From Alkanindiges illinoisensis DSM 15370 (GTDB lineage Bacteria; Pseudomonadota; Gammaproteobacteria; Pseudomonadales; Moraxellaceae), in NCBI RefSeq assembly GCF_000619845.1, contig NZ_JHUX01000004.1:355190-387189 (forward strand): a stretch of 32,000 nt of DNA, in the 5' to 3' direction. Below the pieces are notes generated by a model, which had not been told where the DNA came from, did no database searches, and saw only the letters and a program-made list of their open reading frames with translations. A program made the translations under genes and the position numbers. Of this stretch, positions 19,025-27,971 are shown piece after piece (within the stretch, counting starts at the first letter, position 1; the number at the start of each line of letters is the position of its first letter).

Positions 19025-21712
19025 ATGAAAAAGCTATCGTGTTCGGGCCGTATCTATCCATTTTTTTTATTCGCAATTGTGATGGTTATGGCAATTCCAA
19101 TGGGCTTTTATGGCATGTATTTGTATATTTACCCCAGCTTGCCAGATATGCACCTGTTAAAGGAAGCAGCTCTGGAAAAGCCATTGCAGGTTTATACCAA
19201 GGACAACGAACTCATTGCCGAATTTGGCGAAAAGCTGTCCATGCCTGTGGAATACAATCAGATTCCGCCAAAACTGGTACAAGCGTTTCTGGCTGCAGAA
19301 GATTCGTCTTTTTTTGAACATAATGGCGTGAGTTTTAAAGGGCTTGGACGTGCCGTCAGTGAATCTGTGAGTGGTGGCGCGCAAACCGGTGGTTCTACCA
19401 TTACCATGCAGGTCGCCAAAAATTATTATTTAACGCCGGAACGTACGCTGCGCCGCAAGCTGACCGAGATTTTTCTGGCGCGCAAGATTGAGCAAAGCCT
19501 GACTAAAGAAGAAATTTTAACCCTGTATGTCAACAAGATTTTCCTGGGTAAAAATGCCTATGGCATTGCTGCTGCTGCACGTATTTATTACAACAAGGAT
19601 TTAAAAGACCTGACAGTGGCCGAAATGGCCATGATTGCAGGTTTGCCCAAAGCGCCTTCCCGCTACAACCCGGTGGTGAATCCGGAACGTGCACTGGAAC
19701 GCCGTAACTGGATTTTGGCACGTATGCTACAGTTGGGTTCAATTAATCAGCAAACCTATCAAAATGCTATAGAAGAACCCATCCGGCTAAATATGCGGGA
19801 ATACCGGGTTCAAACCAGACATCCTTATCTGGCTGAACTGATCCGGGCTGAAATGGTCAAACGCTTTGGCGAGCAGGTCATGAATTCCGGTTATAAGGTT
19901 TACACCACTGTTGATAGCAAACGTCAAAGCATGGCAGAAACTGCAGTACGCGAAGGGCTGGAAGCCTATGACCGTCGGCATGGCTGGCGCGGTGCAGAGG
20001 CCAATGACAAACCCTTAAAACAATTTGTACCGTATGCCAATACCTGGCCTGCCAAGGTCACCAAGGTCAACTCCCGCAGCTTTGAAGCTATATTTGCCAA
20101 TGGTAAAACCACAACCGTAGGCTGGGATGGCATGGTTTGGGCACGACGTTATTATAGTGCTGATCGTGTTGGAGGGACTCCGGCCAATGCCAGTCAGGTG
20201 GTTAAGCTAAATGATATTGTTCGCCTGCGCCCAACCGATGACAAGAAAACCAACTGGGTGCTCACCCAGATTCCAGCAGTTCAGGGTCAACTGATTGCGT
20301 TAAACCCGAATAATGGTGCAGTAGAAGCCGTAGTTGGCGGTTATGACTTTGCGCAAAGCAAGTTTAACCGTGCTGTACAGGGCTGGCGCCAACCCGGCTC
20401 AACCATCAAGCCATTTATTTATACCCTGGCACTGGAACGTGGCATGACACCCTATAGCATGGTTAGCGATAGCCCGCTAAGAGTCGGAAAATGGCAACCT
20501 AAAAATTCGGATGGCCGTTATCTGGGCAGCATTACCTTGCGCCGCGCCTTGTACCTGTCACGTAATCTGGTGTCAGTCCGTTTGCTGCAATCGGTTGGGC
20601 TAGATCGGGCACGTAATTTTCTGGTTCACTTTGGTCTGGTGGAAGACAAAATTCCCCGTAACCTTACTATTGCATTAGGGACACCGCAGGTTTTACCCAT
20701 CCAAATGGCGACTGGCTATGCCACATTTGCCAATGGCGGTTTCCGTATTCAGCCGTATGTCATTGAAAAAGTGGTTGATCCAGATAATAAGGTCTTGTTT
20801 GAAGCCAATCCACTGTATGCTTGCGCCAGTTGCATGAGCAATCCTGAACAGGCCAACGCAACCCCTACGCCAGCTAATGACAATGGCGAAGTAGTTGAGT
20901 TAAGCAACAAGCAGGGGCAGCCCATTGAGAAAACAGTGGCATCAACTGCTGAATCAGCAACGCCTGCCACTGAAAACCAGAATGCGAGTTCCAATAATCC
21001 AGCACAGGCTGTAACGGCGTCTGCCAATAACAATACGACCTATCGTCAGGCCACCCGGATTATTAAATCCAGTTCAGCATTTGATATGGCCAATATTTTG
21101 CAGGACGTGATTGTACATGGCACAGGCCGTGCGGCATTAAAGCTGGGCCGTAATGATCTGGGCGGTAAAACCGGAACCACCAATGACGCCAAAGACGCCT
21201 GGTTTGCTGGCTTTAATGGCAATCTGGTAACCATTTCATGGGTGGGTTTTGATAATCCAAAAACACTGGGACGGCGTGAATATGGTGGCGTTGCTGCGCT
21301 GCCAATCTGGATCAAGTTTATGGGCGATGCGCTTAAGGATACGCCCAGCAAATGGGTTACACTGGATCGTAATGCCGATGATCCCATGCTTGATCCGGTT
21401 GCCAATGATGAACAGCGCAAACAGCGCCGCGTTCCCCCAGTAGCAACCCCGCTATATAAACCCAAACCATTGCAGGTCACTGTGGTTGATGATTTTGCAG
21501 ACTTGCCGGATATGGGTATTGATGACGATGACCTAAACCTGCCAGGCTCGCCTTCAGTTCCCACTACTGCACTTGCAACACCATCTGCCGGCAATAATGG
21601 CAATGCCAACAATAATAGTAGCAGTACTGCTGGCAACCCTGCCAATACTACCCCTGCAGCACCAGCCAGTAAGCCGCCAGCACGTCCCGTTGCCCCTTCA
21701 GAAATTTTCTAG
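19025..21712 (+). CDS. ponA: Penicillin-binding protein 1A (bifunctional glycosyltransferase/transpeptidase)
   Basis: 895 aa with an N-terminal TM anchor. GT51 motifs: AAEDSSFFEHNGV, GGSTITMQVAKN, RKLTEIFLARKIE. Transpeptidase motifs: GSTIKP (SxxK), SRN (SxN), KTGTTN. Divergent from pilM, as in Pseudomonas and Neisseria. Confidence 0.95.
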   Translation: MKKLSCSGRIYPFFLFAIVMVMAIPMGFYGMYLYIYPSLPDMHLLKEAALEKPLQVYTKDNELIAEFGEKLSMPVEYNQIPPKLVQAFLAAEDSSFFEHNGVSFKGLGRAVSESVSGGAQTGGSTITMQVAKNYYLTPERTLRRKLTEIFLARKIEQSLTKEEILTLYVNKIFLGKNAYGIAAAARIYYNKDLKDLTVAEMAMIAGLPKAPSRYNPVVNPERALERRNWILARMLQLGSINQQTYQNAIEEPIRLNMREYRVQTRHPYLAELIRAEMVKRFGEQVMNSGYKVYTTVDSKRQSMAETAVREGLEAYDRRHGWRGAEANDKPLKQFVPYANTWPAKVTKVNSRSFEAIFANGKTTTVGWDGMVWARRYYSADRVGGTPANASQVVKLNDIVRLRPTDDKKTNWVLTQIPAVQGQLIALNPNNGAVEAVVGGYDFAQSKFNRAVQGWRQPGSTIKPFIYTLALERGMTPYSMVSDSPLRVGKWQPKNSDGRYLGSITLRRALYLSRNLVSVRLLQSVGLDRARNFLVHFGLVEDKIPRNLTIALGTPQVLPIQMATGYATFANGGFRIQPYVIEKVVDPDNKVLFEANPLYACASCMSNPEQANATPTPANDNGEVVELSNKQGQPIEKTVASTAESATPATENQNASSNNPAQAVTASANNNTTYRQATRIIKSSSAFDMANILQDVIVHGTGRAALKLGRNDLGGKTGTTNDAKDAWFAGFNGNLVTISWVGFDNPKTLGRREYGGVAALPIWIKFMGDALKDTPSKWVTLDRNADDPMLDPVANDEQRKQRRVPPVATPLYKPKPLQVTVVDDFADLPDMGIDDDDLNLPGSPSVPTTALATPSAGNNGNANNNSSSTAGNPANTTPAAPASKPPARPVAPSEIF

Positions 21713-21764
21713 GGCGAAACTTAAAGGACACAGCGATTTAACTGTTGCGCAATTATTATCCATC

Positions 21765-21814
21765 ATTTCGCCCTGATTACCTGTGACCGGTTACTTGTAA
21801 TCAAGGCGAAATGG
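21765..21814. terminator. Long hairpin between convergent ponA and rlmA
   Basis: 17-bp arms CATTTCGCCCTGATTAC (21765-21781) / GTAATCAAGGCGAAATG (21798-21814), pairing at 16/17. The 16-nt loop itself contains the palindrome ACCGGT. The right arm ends 1 nt before the rlmA stop codon. The left arm starts 52 nt after the ponA stop. Confidence 0.6.
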
Positions 21815-21815
21815 T

Positions 21816-22619
21816 TTAAGCCTGTTTTTGAAATAAATAAACCTGAAAACTGGCGCTGGTTTTTAGTAAATCCGCCTGCTCCAATTGCTGTCGTTTTTCC
21901 GCTTTGGCTTTCCAGGCATAAGGTGTCATAGCAATCAGATGCCGTAGCGCCGTCTGTTCGAGTAGTATCTCATACGTTAAGACATGCTGCCGGATTAAGC
22001 AAAAATCTGGTGCCAGCGTTTCGATAAATTTTTCCGGCTGATGCGGATTAACCTGCTCAAACAGGGCAGCGCGCATTTCATGTAAATGGCCTGCTGCCGG
22101 GGTTGCCACCAGCAAATAACCTTGTGGCTTAACAACACGCGCCATTTCATCCCGGGGCAACGGGCTAAAAAAACTGGTGATGACATCGATTGACTGGCTG
22201 GCAATTGGCAACTTGGCCGCACTGGCAATCAGCCAGCTAATATCCGGGTAGCGCTTGGCCGCAATTTGTATGGCAGTTTTGGCAATATCCACGCCAATGA
22301 TTTGTCCGGCGACTGCGGGCATGCCACTGGTATAAAACCCTTCACCGCAGCCAATGTCCAGCACGGACTGCGCCTGTAGTTCAGCCAGCCAGTTCATTAG
22401 CTGATCTTTAAGCGGCTGATAATAACCTGCCTGCAAAAATTCACGGCGTGCCTGTACGGCCTCGACGGTATCACCCGGACTTTTACTGTTTTTATGCTGG
22501 ACAGGCAATAAGTTGACATAGCCCTGCCTTGCCACGTCAAAACTATGCTGATTACTGCAAACCCAGCGTGTTTTTTCCTGCAGCAACGCGGTGTGACACA
22601 AAGGACAAATAATGCTCAT
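21816..22619 (-). CDS. rlmA: 23S rRNA (guanine745-N1)-methyltransferase
   Basis: 267 aa. N-terminal zinc-ribbon CPLCHTAL...WVCSNQHSFDVARQGYVNLLPVQHKNSKSPGD. SAM motif VLDIGCGEGFYT. Collinear with E. coli RlmA (RrmA) as I recall it. Confidence 0.9.
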   Translation of the reverse strand: MSIICPLCHTALLQEKTRWVCSNQHSFDVARQGYVNLLPVQHKNSKSPGDTVEAVQARREFLQAGYYQPLKDQLMNWLAELQAQSVLDIGCGEGFYTSGMPAVAGQIIGVDIAKTAIQIAAKRYPDISWLIASAAKLPIASQSIDVITSFFSPLPRDEMARVVKPQGYLLVATPAAGHLHEMRAALFEQVNPHQPEKFIETLAPDFCLIRQHVLTYEILLEQTALRHLIAMTPYAWKAKAEKRQQLEQADLLKTSASFQVYLFQKQA

Positions 22620-22794
22620 GGCGCTATCCTGTTTAAAAGCAGCGCTATTGTAAGGGGTTTTTAAGCATGAAGTAATTTTACCCTGCTATTTTTGCCTGAT
22701 TCCTTAGCCGTAGTTTTTTAATGATTATTTTTTAAGGACCACGTTAAAAATACTTTCCAGTTTTAAGTGGCCTGTTACTGCTTTGTCCTGCTAT

Positions 22795-23574
22795 TTATAA
22801 GGTCAATGCTTCAGGGGAACTGGCTGGGCTTTCACCAACATGGTTTAGACTATCGTTGATTTGCTCTATCCATCGTTTAATTTGTGCCGATGGTGCACGG
22901 GTTTCAGTGAGGGTCGTCACCCAGCGCATCTGACACATACGTAGCTTGGTAATGCTGCTGGCATGCTGAATATCCTTGATGAGTGCGCTGGCCAGCAAAC
23001 CACAGTATTCGCGCAGGCTATTCATCATCAGTTGCTTGACGTCATCAAAACTTAAATATACCGGCGTACTTTGCAGCATGGCAGCTGAATGCAGGTCGGT
23101 AGAAATGACAATATCCTGTCCGGCAAGACTTGGGATTAAATCCGGCATTGGTTCAGGTGCGGCAAGCGCCTGATGGGTTTGCAATGCTATAGCGCTGGCT
23201 GGCTGGGCCACCTGATTTTCAGTGACGACCTGCTGGTGCTGTGGAGCGCCAGCCTCAAAATGAGTTGGCGCAACAGGCTGAATTTCTGAATGAAATGTAG
23301 TCGGTATGGCCTGTGCAATGGTTTCTAGCGGCGTGCTCGTTTCTGGAAACTTACTGGTTTCTGGCGCAGCAATCAGCTGGTGTTCCAGTAGCACAGCTAG
23401 ATTATCCGTGGTGGCCAGTTGCCGCAACTGCTGCTGGCTTAAGTGACTGGCATTGCCATTTTCAATCATCAGCAGCAAGGCGCGCTGGCGCGAAGTTAGT
23501 TTGACCGAACGGTTTTCAAGTGCCTGATTTCCCTTAGGCGTACGGTAATACTGAGGCAATGTCACTGTACACAC
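22795..23574 (-). CDS. Hypothetical protein (no family recognised)
   Basis: 259-aa ORF with a GTG start at 23574; a second GTG at 23565 sits 8 nt after GGAG. It appears to be its own transcription unit, with the mraY terminator upstream and a 175-bp spacer downstream. Layout is tripartite: structured-looking N- and C-terminal parts joined by a Q/P/A/T-rich linker. Support for coding is ORF length, non-overlapping position and non-random helical periodicity only. Confidence 0.6.
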   Translation of the reverse strand: MCTVTLPQYYRTPKGNQALENRSVKLTSRQRALLLMIENGNASHLSQQQLRQLATTDNLAVLLEHQLIAAPETSKFPETSTPLETIAQAIPTTFHSEIQPVAPTHFEAGAPQHQQVVTENQVAQPASAIALQTHQALAAPEPMPDLIPSLAGQDIVISTDLHSAAMLQSTPVYLSFDDVKQLMMNSLREYCGLLASALIKDIQHASSITKLRMCQMRWVTTLTETRAPSAQIKRWIEQINDSLNHVGESPASSPEALTL

Positions 23575-23654
23575 TCCGCATGATTCAACGATTTAACCCG
23601 TTAAAAATTTTAGGCAGTATTTGTGACAGCCAAATGATAACTGCAAGCAACAAG

Positions 23655-23681
23655 CATAAAAAAAGCTGGACCAGCCAGCTT
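23655..23681 (-). terminator. Rho-independent terminator after mraY
   Basis: Stem AAGCTGG (23663-23669) / CCAGCTT (23675-23681) with a 5-nt loop. On the minus strand it is followed by TTTTTTTATG. It begins 24 nt downstream of the mraY stop. Confidence 0.75.
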
Positions 23682-23704
23682 CTATTTATTTTTTAGTGAA
23701 CAAG

Positions 23705-24823
23705 TTATCGCAATTTCAGGGTCATCAGGCCAATGACCACCAGAATAATGGTAATGATCCAGAAGCGAATCACCACCTGGGTTTCTTTCCAGCCCTGCTT
23801 TTCATAATGATGATGCAGTGGTGCCATTAAAAATACCCGCTTCTGACGCATGCGCAATGAACCAATTTGCAGGAATACCGACACGGCCTCCATCACAAAT
23901 ACACCGCCCATGATGGCAAATACAATTTCCTGCCGCACCATCACAGCCAGCGTACCCAGCATGGCACCTAAGGCCAGTGCGCCCACATCACCCATAAAGA
24001 TTTGGGCAGGATGCGCATTAAACCACAGGAACGCCAGCCCAGCGCCTACCATTGCACTGCAAATCACTACCAGCTCACTGGCATAGACCACATAGGGAAT
24101 ATGCAGGTAATCGGCAAAGCGCACATCGCCGGACAGGTATGCAAATACGCCCAAGGCAGCAGCCACCATCACCACTGGCATAATGGCCAGACCATCCAAC
24201 CCGTCGGTCAGGTTGACGGCATTACTGGCGCCATTAATCACCAGATAGGTGAACACAATAAAGGCCAAGCCATACGGAATCACTGAAAATGGCAGGCTCA
24301 GGTTTTTGAAAAATGGAATCAGCAAATCCAGCATGCCTGCGCTATGCACAGGATTGGTTTGCTGTGCGGCAATCACATACAGCGCAATACCGGCTCCCAG
24401 TGATGCAATCGACGTCCAGAAAAATTTCTTGCGCGCTGGCAAGCCCTTGTTATCCTTATAGCGAATCTTGATCCAGTCATCTGCCCAGCCAACGGCACCG
24501 AACACCACCATTACACCCAGCACAATCCACACATAAGGATTACGCAAGTCTGCCCAGAGCAGTGTACTAATGCCAATACTGATCAATATCAGGATGCCGC
24601 CCATGGTTGGCGTGCCCATTTTAACCGCATGGTTTTCCGGGGCAAAGCTACTGACTGCCTGACCATATTTAAGCGCGCGTAACCTGCGGATCATATAAGG
24701 CCCAACCAGCAGGCCAATGCCCATTGAGGTCAGTACGCTTAACAAGGCACGCAGGGTTAAATATCGAAAAACCTGAAACCAGCTAAAATGTGTAGCCAGT
24801 AGTTCAGATAGCCATAACAGCAT
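23705..24823 (-). CDS. mraY: Phospho-N-acetylmuramoyl-pentapeptide transferase
   Basis: 372 aa polytopic membrane protein. Signature motifs: [28 protein letters not shown]. Confidence 0.98.
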   Translation of the reverse strand: MLLWLSELLATHFSWFQVFRYLTLRALLSVLTSMGIGLLVGPYMIRRLRALKYGQAVSSFAPENHAVKMGTPTMGGILILISIGISTLLWADLRNPYVWIVLGVMVVFGAVGWADDWIKIRYKDNKGLPARKKFFWTSIASLGAGIALYVIAAQQTNPVHSAGMLDLLIPFFKNLSLPFSVIPYGLAFIVFTYLVINGASNAVNLTDGLDGLAIMPVVMVAAALGVFAYLSGDVRFADYLHIPYVVYASELVVICSAMVGAGLAFLWFNAHPAQIFMGDVGALALGAMLGTLAVMVRQEIVFAIMGGVFVMEAVSVFLQIGSLRMRQKRVFLMAPLHHHYEKQGWKETQVVIRFWIITIILVVIGLMTLKLR

Positions 24824-24849
24824 TACGCGTTCTCCCCTAAATTGGCAGT

Positions 24850-26304
24850 TTAGCCAGCAATTGCGCCAGCAGGCAGGCCATCAATCAAATCAGCGATCAA
24901 GCTTTCCATTCTGGTATAGCGTGAACCCTTAAATAATAAGCTGGCATTAGACGTTTCAGCCTGTGCCAAAAATTGACGCAAATGTAGAAGTAACTCAGGT
25001 TTTTCAGTAAATGCCTGTGCCTGCATCTGTTGGTTTTGTGACTGCAACCCATCAATGGTCTGTGCTGCAAATTCACCCACCGCAAATACCGCATCCAGCT
25101 CCAGTTCTGCCAGATCCTGCCCCAATGAATAATGCTCTTCACGGGCGGCATCACCCAGTTCGCCAATGTCGCCCAGCACCAGTATTTTGCGGCCTGCCTG
25201 CGCTGCCAGAACCTGCGCTGCAGCACGCATGGAATGTGGATTGGCATTATAGGTGTCATCAATAATCAGCCAATTGCCATACTTCTTAAAAGTCAGGCGA
25301 CCCTGTGCGCCAACGGCTGATTCCAGACCTTGCGCAATTTGTTGCAAAGGAACATTAATCGCCAGTGCAAAGCTGGCTGCTGCCAGTGCATTTTCAATAT
25401 TATGCTGGCCAGCAAACGGCAATAAAATGCCAATCCGGCCTTGCGGTGTCACCAGCTCAAATTGACTGCTGGTGGTCTGCAATTCAATGTGTTCAGCAAA
25501 AACATTGCCGCCTGTACCAAATGAAATGGTCTGGTGACTAGCTGCTGCCTGCTGAACTACATCGCTAAAATCCCCATGTGCAGGCACAATGGCAATCGCC
25601 TGATGGGTATCATTGGCTTTTAAATGGTTAAAAATTTCCGACTTGGCATTTGCAATACCCAAACGTCCGCCGAATTCCCCCATGTGCGCCGTGCCAATGT
25701 TTAGCACACCAGCAACCTGTGGCTGCACCAGATTTGAGGTGTAGTCAATTTCGCCCACATGGTTGGCCCCAAGCTCCATCACAGCATAGCGATGCTCCGG
25801 TAGCAACTCCAGCAACATCATGGGCACGCCAAGGTCATTGTTTAAATTGCCACGGGTTACCAGTGTGGGCGCACTCAAGCGCAAAATACTACCCAGCATT
25901 TCCTTCACTGTGGTTTTACCGCTACTGCCAGTCAGTGCCAGCACGGTTAAATCCGGTTGTTGCTGGCGGCGATAACTCCCCAGATGCCCCAATGCCAAGC
26001 GCGTATCCGGCACGACCAGTTGGGGCACCGCCAGCTGTTCAATCACACGAGAAACAATCACTGCACTGGCGCCATTCGCAACAGCATCAGCTGCAAAATT
26101 ATGGCCATCAAAGCGCTCACCCACCAGTGCCAGAAACACCTCATTGGACTGCACCCGGCGGTTGTCAGTCACAATCCGGTTAAATGACGATGGCGCTTCT
26201 GCATGCAGGTTATGCCACTGGCCTTGCGTGGCTTGCTGTAATTGCTCACTGCTCCACGGCGCAGTAACAGCCGAAGATGTTGGAAGAGAATCAGACTGAC
26301 CCAT
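24850..26304 (-). CDS. murF: UDP-MurNAc-tripeptide--D-alanyl-D-alanine ligase
   Basis: 484 aa Mur ligase. P-loop [13 protein letters not shown], the [11 protein letters not shown] motif, and a C-terminal domain. Lies between murE and mraY. Confidence 0.95.
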   Translation of the reverse strand: MGQSDSLPTSSAVTAPWSSEQLQQATQGQWHNLHAEAPSSFNRIVTDNRRVQSNEVFLALVGERFDGHNFAADAVANGASAVIVSRVIEQLAVPQLVVPDTRLALGHLGSYRRQQQPDLTVLALTGSSGKTTVKEMLGSILRLSAPTLVTRGNLNNDLGVPMMLLELLPEHRYAVMELGANHVGEIDYTSNLVQPQVAGVLNIGTAHMGEFGGRLGIANAKSEIFNHLKANDTHQAIAIVPAHGDFSDVVQQAAASHQTISFGTGGNVFAEHIELQTTSSQFELVTPQGRIGILLPFAGQHNIENALAAASFALAINVPLQQIAQGLESAVGAQGRLTFKKYGNWLIIDDTYNANPHSMRAAAQVLAAQAGRKILVLGDIGELGDAAREEHYSLGQDLAELELDAVFAVGEFAAQTIDGLQSQNQQMQAQAFTEKPELLLHLRQFLAQAETSNASLLFKGSRYTRMESLIADLIDGLPAGAIAG

Positions 26305-26361
26305 GATTTACTCGATATGCCTTAATATGCCTAAAAACACCAATATACTTAAGAACACCGG

Positions 26362-27963
26362 CTATGCCGGATAGCCGGTTGACGGAGTGCCTTCTAAACC
26401 CAATGCTGCCCTTAACTCCACCACGTCATCAAACCAGTGGCGCACGCCGTCAATTTCCTGATAATTTTCATGGCCTTTACCCGCAATCACTACAATATCC
26501 TGCGGTTTAGCCTGAGCAACCGCCAAACGGATGGCAAGGCGACGGTCTGCTTCAACCTGTAAATTACCGCGCTGTTGCTCGTCAATACCAGCCAGCATGT
26601 CATCCAGAATCTGTTCCACTGCCTCGCTACGCGGGTTATCTGCCGTTAACAGCACCTGATCTGCAAGCGCCAGTGCGGCCTGGGTCATTAACGGACGCTT
26701 GCCCCGGTCTCGGTCGCCACCACAGCCAAAGATTGCCCATAGCTGGCCTTCATTCGTGACATGATGCTTTAAGCTGGCCAACACCTGCGTGAGGGCATCA
26801 GGAGTATGGGCATAATCCACCACAAACAGCCGCTGCTGATCCTGAACTACCTGCATCCGGCCCGGCGCACCTTGTAGCAATGGCACAAACTGCTGAATTT
26901 GTGCAAGGCTCAGGCCAAATGCCATTGCACCAGCCACCGCCGCCAGTAAATTGGCCACATTAAAATGGCCCAGTAGCGGGCTATGCAAGGTGCACTCGCC
27001 GTGCGGCGTGCTTAAAGCTAATGTGGCACCGGACAGTGAATACTGAACCTGCCGAACATAAAAATCAGCCGTGGAATCTTTGAGCGAGCAAGTCCAGATC
27101 ACTGCGCGCTGTCCTGATCTCTGCCCTGCTTCCTGAGCAGTCCCATGCCCGGCTTGCACAGCTGCATCCTGCATAATGGCCGATGCTGCATCATCCGCAT
27201 TTAAAACAATGTATTTTAATGAGGGAAAGGCAAACAGTTTGGCTTTGGCTGCAGCATAGTGTTGCAGCGTGCCATGATAATCCAGATGATCGCGGGTTAA
27301 ATTGGTAAAAATGGCCACTTCAATTGGCGTACCGGCCAGCCGTCCCTGATCCAGTCCATGCGAACTGGCCTCAAGGCAGGCATACTGCGCGCCCTGCTGG
27401 CCAAACTGATGTAATTGCTGTTGCAGGTGTATAGCATCCACTGTGGTATGCGTAGATGGCTCTATTTGCGGCAAAATGCCATTGCCTGTGGTGCCCATGA
27501 CGCTGCTTTTAAAACCTGCCTGATATAACAGCTCGGCCAGCAGACGGGTTACGGTGGTTTTGCCATTGGTGCCGGTAACTGCTGCTATCCGCGGCAACGC
27601 TATTGCGTGCTGATGTTGTAGCCAGCGCTGGGCTAGCACGCCAATCCACTGGCGTAAATCTTCAATAAAAAATACTGGCTGGCTTTCAAAATGGCGGGCA
27701 TACGGCTCTTCAAACCGAGTAATTGCCACTTCACTGAATACGGCCACCGCCCCTTGCGCCAGCGCTGACTGAATAAACTCAGCCATACGCGCAGCCTGTG
27801 CGGTGCCTTGCAGGGCAAAAAACACATCGCCTTTTTTAACGCTACGGCTATCTAGAACCATGTTATTTATTGGCTGCGTTGGCCAGTGATCATTAGCATA
27901 CTCAGGCCAAAGCTGCCCCAGTGAACAGGGTGAAGATGCAACAGGTGAATTAGGTTCTAACAT
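26362..27963 (-). CDS. murE: UDP-MurNAc-L-Ala-D-Glu--2,6-diaminopimelate ligase
   Basis: 533 aa Mur ligase. P-loop VTGTNGKTTV, DYAHTPDAL, and the meso-DAP specificity motif DNPR (LLTADNPRSE). ATG at 27963 with GAGGTG 5 nt upstream. Confidence 0.95.
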   Translation of the reverse strand: MLEPNSPVASSPCSLGQLWPEYANDHWPTQPINNMVLDSRSVKKGDVFFALQGTAQAARMAEFIQSALAQGAVAVFSEVAITRFEEPYARHFESQPVFFIEDLRQWIGVLAQRWLQHQHAIALPRIAAVTGTNGKTTVTRLLAELLYQAGFKSSVMGTTGNGILPQIEPSTHTTVDAIHLQQQLHQFGQQGAQYACLEASSHGLDQGRLAGTPIEVAIFTNLTRDHLDYHGTLQHYAAAKAKLFAFPSLKYIVLNADDAASAIMQDAAVQAGHGTAQEAGQRSGQRAVIWTCSLKDSTADFYVRQVQYSLSGATLALSTPHGECTLHSPLLGHFNVANLLAAVAGAMAFGLSLAQIQQFVPLLQGAPGRMQVVQDQQRLFVVDYAHTPDALTQVLASLKHHVTNEGQLWAIFGCGGDRDRGKRPLMTQAALALADQVLLTADNPRSEAVEQILDDMLAGIDEQQRGNLQVEADRRLAIRLAVAQAKPQDIVVIAGKGHENYQEIDGVRHWFDDVVELRAALGLEGTPSTGYPA

Positions 27964-27971
27964 GGCTCACC

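Noticed and set aside
21046-21645. 199-aa minus-strand ORF antisense to the 3' end of ponA
   Set aside because: It mirrors the low-complexity Pro/Ala/Asn-rich tail of PBP1a, which keeps the opposite frame free of stops. It has no RBS or motifs.
22735-22775. Imperfect inverted repeat (AGGACCACGTTAAAA ... TTTTAAGTGGCCT) downstream of the hypothetical ORF, considered as its terminator
   Set aside because: The stem needs a bulge and mismatches. On the minus strand it is followed by A-rich rather than U-rich sequence, so it is not a convincing intrinsic terminator.
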